A stretch of 62,463 nucleotides of DNA from a virus (Duplodnaviria > Caudoviricetes): positions 1-62,463 of IMG/VR virus record IMGVR_UViG_3300017788_000024, one strand, 5' to 3'. Positions within the stretch are counted from its first letter, which is position 1; each line of letters begins with the position of its first letter. The notes under the pieces were generated by a model. The model was not told the DNA's origin. It saw nothing but the letters and a program-made list of their open reading frames with translations, and searched no databases. The position numbers and the translations under genes are program-made. Positions 56,801 through 62,463 of the stretch are shown one piece after another.

Positions 56801-59800
56801 TGTTGGACTAAGACCGAGCGTCAATGGGCTGAGGCTATTGATTCCTTGCTGTGCCATGAATTTGAGGAAATCAATGTAGTACATTCCCTTTATCTTTCTT
56901 CCTTCAATTCCTACCATCCTGCCAAACTCAAGATAACTTCTTGACTCATGTGAAACATTGTCGTGGAAAGACCATAGGTTGGTGAGGTCTTGATACATTG
57001 CAAGAACGTTTCCTTGAGCCTCTTTGTATTCCGTTTGTTCTTCAATGCCTCCGCCCCTTAACTTCAACCTTTCCATCTTTCTTAAGAACGGATTGATAAT
57101 TGCATTGGTTATTTTCCAAATAGTAAACAGTTTGGCAATGTCTCCAGATTCAAGAATGTCTCGATATCCATTGGTTTCAGCAAACTTCTCAAGCACATGC
57201 ATTAGGTTGTTTGCTCTTAGTTCAATTCGTCTTGTTGAACTTCCGGTTGTCATTTCATATGTTGAATCAAATGGTGTTTCATAAACATAAGGTGTCTTGG
57301 ATCCCTTGTATCTATTCTTGTATCCTCTTGATTCCTTTGGAATAACATCGTTGATTGTGGCAATTTCTCGATCTGGTCTTTGTGCCCTTGTTTTTCTTGT
57401 TTCTTCCAACTCCCTTGCATAGAACATTTCTTGTAGTGAGAAGATTCCTCTTTCCTCCCATGGAATATCTGAGTATGGTGCCCTGAATGCAAGAAGTCCC
57501 TTTAGATTTGAATTGGAACCGGGATTGTATTCTGATTGAAGAGCATCACCCATGTTTCGTGATGGATCAAGAAGGAATCTAGCGGAGTTTCTAAGTAGTC
57601 CTCCATTGCTTCTTCTTAGGTCTCTTACATTATCTGGAAGAGTGGCCTCTTCTCCCATTCCTCTTGCCCACGCACGATTTTCTCTTTCAGACTTTCTCAG
57701 CCATTCTGTCATAAATCCTTGTCTGTTTTCCGAGTCTAATGAATAGCCGCCAAACTTTGGAGCATAGGATTTTGAAAGTTGGAGGGCTATGTGTCTTGCA
57801 ATAAGTTTTTCAATCTCTGTCTCCGCTTGCTCTCTCCCTAGTTTTCCAAGATTGTTTCTACCAAATTCCCACATTGCGTATGGGTTGTCATCCTTATTGT
57901 CTGGTGTGTTTTCTCTGACAATGGAGGACAACGCAGAGTTCATTGGTTGGTGCCTGTGCCCATGCATGTAAAGACGCTCACCACTTGAGTCAAGTCCCAT
58001 TAGAAAGAATATGTTGAAATCCTCAAAGCCCAGAAGATCTTTCTCCTCTAGATCTCTTCCCATAATTCTGGAATGCTCTTCAATCCTTCCCCTAATTCCC
58101 TCGGCCTCTGTTTCCCTAAGGCGATATGGAACCCTTTGAAGAGCATTAAGGGCCGTTAGGACTAGAGTAGACTTGTATGCTTCCTCATTGCCCATAAGGA
58201 TAACATTGAGTTCTCTCATTTGCTCGCTGTTAGAAGTTCTCCCACCAATTTTCTTCATGTATTTGTTTGCTTTGTTGATTCTTTTTTCGTAGGTTTTGAA
58301 AACTTCTTCTTCTGTTCTTCGTTCCATGGCAGCAATAAACTTGATTCTCTCTTTCAATGCTTCTTCGACTTGATTAAGAGAAAACATGCTCTTGCCTGCC
58401 TCGACAAACCCATTCTTGATTGCAATTTCCCGCAGTCTTGTATGCCATCCCGTAGATGCATATACCTCTCTTAACTCATTTGCAATTTTTTCAGATAGTT
58501 TTCTTCTTCCTGCTTCATCTAGGTTTCCAATGGCAGAATCCAATATGTTAAATTGGAGAAATGCTTTGGCATTCATGAGATGCTCTGCAATAAATCTTGC
58601 ATCAACACCATTCATGTTGTTTTCATTTTTTAATGCCCAATCTCTAATTCCTTCATGTACTGCCTTAAGACCACCCATGTAAAGTCTAGCAATCACTGCG
58701 ATTTTAAATGCATCTCGTCCTTTACCACTATCTAAGAACTCTCTTAGCCTATCTGTTTGCTCTGCGTTTTTTGTGTCTCGCCTTGCAATGTAAGCCAACT
58801 TGATTTTTTCAAGGTTGTCCCTAAGAATATCAACTGCCATTTGATATCTATCTTGTGGATTGTCCTTGAATTCCACTTCTTCAAGCATCCTATCCAATGC
58901 TGATCCGTCCTCATCCAAATACATAAGGGTAAGGGCAGCCATGTGGTGAATGCCGTTCATGTCGAAGTCGAAGTAATTGCTTAGGCTATATCCACCCTCT
59001 TTATAGGCAGCCTTTCCTCTTTCTAAAGACTTGTAGATCAGATCTGTTGTTAGGATTGGATATGTCATAACATGTGCAAACAGAGGCCCCAAACCAGATA
59101 GCAATGCTGCTCCTGATAGGGAACCCGGTGATAATGCATCGTCTGCAAATATTTTTCCTTTAACCTCCTCATTCAAGAAGATCCGTGATCCGGGAGCATA
59201 TGAAACCGAGTCGTGTTGCCACATCATTAGAAGTTCAGGAAGATCAAGCAAGGCTTCTATTGCTCTTCTTCGGTATTCATTCATATCTGGAAGTCGATTC
59301 AGCAGTCCTCTATTGTTTGTGTTTGGAAGAAGTTGCAAAAGCAATTCACTTATTTCTGCAATGACCTCATCAGGGTTTTCTCTCTGTTTCTTGTAGGCAT
59401 CGATGATTGCTGTTGCCGCTTCCCTGCTGCTTATTGGTGAACTAAGAATGTGACTAATTCTTTGCCTAAGTCTGTAGTCGCCATATGCAGTTTCAATTTC
59501 AGACAACGATCGTGGGAAAATATGGTTGACTTCCCCAAGCAAAGGCAGGCGGTAAATCATCGGCATGTCTACCTTATGAGATGCATCTGAAGCCTTGGCT
59601 ATTTCCTCGGCCCGCATTGCATCTGTCCCTCTTGCTATTATCCCCTCAGCATGGAGAGATTTCCTGAATCCCTGAGGTGTTCTTGTTATGATCTGAATGA
59701 CGCCCCTGCCTAGGCTGTTGCCAATCGCAAAGTCAATTTTTCCGTTTCCAAAATCAACAATATCAAACTCCTTGTGGCTGGAGTATTTTTTGATGGTGTG

Positions 59801-62463
59801 GACAATTAGGTTAAAGATGAAATCCTGTTCTGATTCTAGGCTATCCTTAGGAACAAAACCAACAATCTCAGCCAACTCAGAAAGGTCAAGTCTTGATTCC
59901 TTAATCTGATCCATGGCACCCTTGATAATTGAGTCAATGTATTGGTTTTTCTGTGTCTCTTTGCTTCCCTCAGCAAAGTTGATCCCGGGTATTCTTCCGC
60001 CTGTCTCAGTTATACCTCTTATGCTGATAGGAAGCCTGCTCCCTGCTTTTTCATATGCTGCCTTGTTGTTTTCTGAAGAAGCCTTTGAGTTCTCTCTTGC
60101 AATGTTTATTGCAGTGAGGTAAGCCTGTTCTTCTGGCGTAACCCCTCGTTCGGCAAGGTCCATCATTGCCTTGCCAAATGCCCTTGTGTTTGGGGAATAC
60201 TCAAGAGAAATAGCCATCAATGACATGATGATGGGTTGTGCCTTGTCTAGGTCAATTACAACCTTGGCAGAGCCATCTCTAGGAAGAACCCCATCAAATG
60301 CTGTTGCCATCTGCCTTCCCTCAGGAAGTGCGCGCCAATTAGAAACAGCATCCTCAACCCCACCAAAGATTTGGGATTGATATGATGCAAGACTCCAAGT
60401 TGGAATGATTGGCTTGAGTGCGACGGAGTAGATGTTTCCATCCGCATTCCTGATTCTTACGGCTGCTCCATCTCTTTGTCTTAGTTCCTTGAGAGTCTGG
60501 ATGGTAAGCCTTCCGTCAGACATGGAGTATTCATAAAGAAGCCTTCTTGCATCGGACTCACTCAATTCATTCATTTCCTCTACAATGACTTCCTTTTCAC
60601 CATCACTCATCTTTGAGTTGTCTATCTTAGACAAGTCTCTAATTGTAATGGTTCTTCCCATTGATCTCTTCTTCCACAATGTTGGCATATAACCTCGCCC
60701 AACCTTGCTTTCAAGGATGTTGAGTGCATCTGCTGTGTTGCCTAGGCTATACATCCTGCTTTTTGGTGTTGTGTCTGTGCTTGTTGTGCTGTCAAATGCT
60801 CTTAGGTTTTGGAAGATATCAACGCTTCTTAATACAATTCTAGCAGCAAGTTGTCTTGCTTCTGGTGTTCCAATTGTTTCTGCCATTGCAAGGAGGTCAA
60901 ATCCGTTTCCATTGAATGTTACAAGCATCTTTCCTTGGTTCTGCATGTCTTCAATCTCTTGAAGCATGCTCATTAGTTCTTCATTTGTGAATATGTTGCC
61001 ATCTCCACTGGATCTTACGGACTCAGGGTTTTCTGAATTATTCTCATCCATAAGAATGATTGTGTGAATGCCACCTTGATTGTCGAGGTGGGTCTCAATA
61101 TCAAAAGAGAATACTGTAGCAGTCTTTGCCCATTCAACTGGGTCCGTAAACTCCCTTGAGTTAAAGACCTCATCGCTTAACCCAAGATCCTTAAGAACGC
61201 TCTTGGCAATGGACACCATCTCGGCATGAGACATGTGTGCATTTCGTGTGTTTCCTCTGTCCCATCTAATAGCACTCTTAAACAAGACGGAAGCATCGAC
61301 ATCATCTAGTTTCTCAATCTCACTTAGGATCTTGCTAATAAAGGCAACATCAACAAACTTACCAAATTGAGGAAGTCTTCTCAGTGTTTCCAATCTATAG
61401 AGAAATGACCTTAGTTTGCCGTATAGAACCTCGCCCTCATTCTCTGAAAATAGATTGGCTGGTGGTATGATTCCCGGTGTAGATAGGACACCTGCGTCCT
61501 TAATTGTAATGGTTGGAACAATAGGATAATCCCCATCTGCCTCTTCAATAGAGGCCCCCTCTGTCTCAGGATCAATAGATGTTTCAGAGATTTCCGTTAG
61601 CGACTGCTTGTCTGAGAACTCCATATCCAAAATAAATCGTTCTCTAGATCCTGCATACTCAAAGGCAAGTGCCTTGTATTCAGAAAACAAAGCATCAACA
61701 TCCTTGCGTGTCAATGGCTTGTTCTTCTCCACCCGTTGCATGACAAAGTTGTCACCGAATAGTTTTCCTACCACAACAGCATCAACTGTGCTTGACTCTT
61801 TGAACAGTCCCTCGATAACTTGATTCTTGAATTGAATGTCTTCTGAGACCTCCGCAAGTTGCATAGCCAATTGCCTTCCAGTTGCTGGAGCATTGTCGAT
61901 AATGTTGTTAATTGCCACTGCTCTATTAATACCAAACTTAGACAATTCAGAGATCAATCTTCTTCTGTCCATCTCCAATCTTGATATTGCCCCACCCATT
62001 GGAGAGTCGTTTGTTTTTTCTATAAGTTTGGCCAAACTTTGTTTTAGTGTTTCGCTAATACTACCTGTCTCTTCTTTTATTTTTTCTATTTGCTTTTTGA
62101 TTCTAGCCGCTTCTTGTTTTAACCTTCTCTTTTGTGCCTCAGGAGATGAATCGATCTTTCTATTTAGTGCTTCTAATGAATTTCCTAGTTTTGTTAGTCT
62201 TTCCGCATTTTTTCTTAACTTGTCTTTTATCCTTTTTTTCTCATTGTCTAGACCTTTAGTTTCATTCTCCCTGAGGGTTTTATATGTTATGAGAGACTCT
62301 TCAATGATCCTCAGTTCTGCATCCAGTTCTTTTATCTTCCTGTAATCCCTTCCAAGTTTTGTGTTCTGCTTGTCAATGCGTTCTATCTTTCTTCTAATAA
62401 GACGCATCCTTCTTGCGCCTTTGGTGTTTCCTGCTGCTGCCAGTTCCTTCTCACGTTGAGCAA
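50837..62463 (-). CDS. giant multidomain protein, probably virion-borne: coiled coil, DEDD exonuclease, T7/N4-like RNAP, HExxH metallopeptidase; 5'-partial
   Basis: Frame stays open to the window edge (..AQREKELAAAGNTKGARRMRL); FDIETH/TFNGNGFD/YSMSD; DFDMNGIHH, PQDRY, RDAFKIAVIARLYMGG; AHEISH...EEFLAE. Confidence 0.85.
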   Translation of the reverse strand, partial: AQREKELAAAGNTKGARRMRLIRRKIERIDKQNTKLGRDYRKIKELDAELRIIEESLITYKTLRENETKGLDNEKKRIKDKLRKNAERLTKLGNSLEALNRKIDSSPEAQKRRLKQEAARIKKQIEKIKEETGSISETLKQSLAKLIEKTNDSPMGGAISRLEMDRRRLISELSKFGINRAVAINNIIDNAPATGRQLAMQLAEVSEDIQFKNQVIEGLFKESSTVDAVVVGKLFGDNFVMQRVEKNKPLTRKDVDALFSEYKALAFEYAGSRERFILDMEFSDKQSLTEISETSIDPETEGASIEEADGDYPIVPTITIKDAGVLSTPGIIPPANLFSENEGEVLYGKLRSFLYRLETLRRLPQFGKFVDVAFISKILSEIEKLDDVDASVLFKSAIRWDRGNTRNAHMSHAEMVSIAKSVLKDLGLSDEVFNSREFTDPVEWAKTATVFSFDIETHLDNQGGIHTIILMDENNSENPESVRSSGDGNIFTNEELMSMLQEIEDMQNQGKMLVTFNGNGFDLLAMAETIGTPEARQLAARIVLRSVDIFQNLRAFDSTTSTDTTPKSRMYSLGNTADALNILESKVGRGYMPTLWKKRSMGRTITIRDLSKIDNSKMSDGEKEVIVEEMNELSESDARRLLYEYSMSDGRLTIQTLKELRQRDGAAVRIRNADGNIYSVALKPIIPTWSLASYQSQIFGGVEDAVSNWRALPEGRQMATAFDGVLPRDGSAKVVIDLDKAQPIIMSLMAISLEYSPNTRAFGKAMMDLAERGVTPEEQAYLTAINIARENSKASSENNKAAYEKAGSRLPISIRGITETGGRIPGINFAEGSKETQKNQYIDSIIKGAMDQIKESRLDLSELAEIVGFVPKDSLESEQDFIFNLIVHTIKKYSSHKEFDIVDFGNGKIDFAIGNSLGRGVIQIITRTPQGFRKSLHAEGIIARGTDAMRAEEIAKASDASHKVDMPMIYRLPLLGEVNHIFPRSLSEIETAYGDYRLRQRISHILSSPISSREAATAIIDAYKKQRENPDEVIAEISELLLQLLPNTNNRGLLNRLPDMNEYRRRAIEALLDLPELLMMWQHDSVSYAPGSRIFLNEEVKGKIFADDALSPGSLSGAALLSGLGPLFAHVMTYPILTTDLIYKSLERGKAAYKEGGYSLSNYFDFDMNGIHHMAALTLMYLDEDGSALDRMLEEVEFKDNPQDRYQMAVDILRDNLEKIKLAYIARRDTKNAEQTDRLREFLDSGKGRDAFKIAVIARLYMGGLKAVHEGIRDWALKNENNMNGVDARFIAEHLMNAKAFLQFNILDSAIGNLDEAGRRKLSEKIANELREVYASTGWHTRLREIAIKNGFVEAGKSMFSLNQVEEALKERIKFIAAMERRTEEEVFKTYEKRINKANKYMKKIGGRTSNSEQMRELNVILMGNEEAYKSTLVLTALNALQRVPYRLRETEAEGIRGRIEEHSRIMGRDLEEKDLLGFEDFNIFFLMGLDSSGERLYMHGHRHQPMNSALSSIVRENTPDNKDDNPYAMWEFGRNNLGKLGREQAETEIEKLIARHIALQLSKSYAPKFGGYSLDSENRQGFMTEWLRKSERENRAWARGMGEEATLPDNVRDLRRSNGGLLRNSARFLLDPSRNMGDALQSEYNPGSNSNLKGLLAFRAPYSDIPWEERGIFSLQEMFYARELEETRKTRAQRPDREIATINDVIPKESRGYKNRYKGSKTPYVYETPFDSTYEMTTGSSTRRIELRANNLMHVLEKFAETNGYRDILESGDIAKLFTIWKITNAIINPFLRKMERLKLRGGGIEEQTEYKEAQGNVLAMYQDLTNLWSFHDNVSHESRSYLEFGRMVGIEGRKIKGMYYIDFLKFMAQQGINSLSPLTLGLSPTNNLLATGDPAADQRETRILTLTVQSRDSLGVIFGVLYEVVGREIATNYMKKVDPDNFDSLEKDGTGFVLLSSVPLQYQEAVLDEILQSERMSTYGDFDLYLFLDDYGGMQIGNRVDFENLEEAAKIDTSSGKAPKVRSGGLIRFDTSRTSANAVYHLTPEDIKKMFTQIRNQVFFNNAEIAAALGSDVGVATNENMKFMNAERRKFYEMQRLEYADQMDILALLHQRAGTKLRTTNNTRMRGDFGLPLEVYDAGYYVAGKDGDPRGTALDMAWGAKINQAIQLADMYGLEEEGRQLRALLDSTNKYIIPAVILLAQVDGQNTISSKRRLRAYVGDVMSDAELNSLYSVAREYTGAYLSALNRDEIRNQYFHAAKRYVELNGPIADIPNVLNSVLQSIGVTDITNAKEVTKAKKALQRANHQYSTEEIRLMDEDVLSLAEEDGLTSAFGVDGQKIEIAIQDLVKQGAISEETAELYKGMLGIILVHNEEFANNLSIILDPNMERAGKSLQIKDRFVIKLNPELLKKRAAPEALEVFAHEISHIARMQHLETDSEVYQGFLTAFRTNSGKDAITDMVTTMFSGDRMEINDLIQHYTTNPEEFLAEWGAFILISRTINNKSVIENVRRIRDKYVVADESASWWERAFNRIKRLASSVVQRMQVFKNQNPEAMRLMDNAIEVMFNFGNTYSKSRALAEIATRSFSYPLTELPKGSALLTEADIKTLHDKITLRNDLEQIKTLNEDQTAIFASLVEETEPYLSGPKSRTILGQSTLDYLKQMSGMIGIVDGDMTISRQPRNAAEDKALATFVLEKVATLRGRRGGEIASIAGILRDLPSKGKRIKQWLADVLYYGTSRKIGEPGTGGVYGIGGGNSANLTYASSEPILAALGFLLDATKGSGQNVYGGAVGGVLHSLNYIQQFSRPVVRNSHRIRSTYNTEQGILIERSAFDYLLYDRPESKDSLPLGGRLTDQMFEDAKKHAELYARNMQNFVDIAKKYGAYTESLIPPKDMIALRVNNSYLAETTAETASSFVNSLTTAYRNKILSNMRQDGIADSYSLYLSGGFFQIDKTISTETGVLSSIQVFYASINKDMGGTKVLTRGQRLILDEIEEFASNIWAEKRPNDKQAKFNFKSKIKYSPYSGEFLSIQETLNDAAIRLLRMAKSGATYKSIFKSLNPEQLDIVINELKNRVDTSDYSVVSHATDILDGRLSSIFHGSSSPPKYMKESIDNMGYSVASLHARKHLMTHGHGTIMPDSSSLDLTANDIFRQDNGLTPEQGRILQEGFTIDLRSIIVGMERNISRSAYNNKAIQDLTGVKGLSFSWLIKAIQKAQSDSDWDIVLKEVKRKHDLAIGAATKIEETEGSGAENILVKTADVVTTTMWGPNRNAATMLNEGTIGAATTAMFGGNHISLYKDMLTGMAGLLVNVFSRRYGNRLLNRSLWTTVPDALFDMDTATRGFMEHHLIDYDEIPFDARERLGMNRRNLGAVGASWWRRLRDSHLIAEPALRAALMRQGQRQLLKRLGKMEEYLEFIKNYKGPKNQDMYENAIREVGTERILDFAGTEKVLLQLMWESGVLSDKNIKALKYIIDRYGTSKQGITRREFLDIGNIQIQMEMDLNRTLWEEVPESGGLIKNDLYEALAAVGRFQKAYARQTIVEGNTLDRPTKGDPKSFLFNLYRSFPKLFVTQFALETYGRTTPMLLAGRLLVAAAADIIYNFGLMFLAGVISDDDLERISRGNINGEDITKIASVVARNPFISNRMLFGTLAQLAIISGSTVFTGKNQFTNPRIMAAGLPPSFMAMVSGFSRAGRIVNDAVNQDETFDSAALADLLLRLVPAIGPTVRYGITRSIDPNYQAGRKTKSSSNGSSFSPVSIANHIMDKDHMDEYKLVRDLLKELFPTGYSNLSRSMPPFLDALIPPVQAASPQATQTPTTPQNPTQGNTVAPTQPQAPTTPTPPKNVQVLTPWGSKKASARASNPSTPPPQLGGP

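Noticed and set aside
247-62345. Plus-strand ORFs in the ORF track
   Set aside because: Nearly all are antisense shadows of well-supported minus-strand genes and show no recognisable motifs

Overview
Nearly complete, apparently permuted genome of a T7-like podophage (Autographiviridae-like), coded almost entirely on the minus strand. Read in transcription order from about 50.35 kb downward: a GC-rich early region with four repeated hairpin elements and a short 586-aa single-subunit RNA polymerase; a GTAC-dense array; three tRNAs; thyX; a canonical 809-aa T7-type RNA polymerase; replication and nucleotide-metabolism genes; portal, scaffold, capsid, tail and fibre genes; lysis-type membrane proteins; terminase; and internal virion proteins. 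The right end encodes a >3,870-aa protein, probably virion-borne, with a DEDD exonuclease, T7/N4-type RNAP motifs A and B, and an HExxH metallopeptidase. Main candidate system: three single-subunit RNAP-family proteins in one T7-like genome, plus four covarying hairpin elements that each precede an early gene. This suggests an N4-like three-step transcription cascade on a T7 chassis. All calls come from motif reading by eye; no searches were run.
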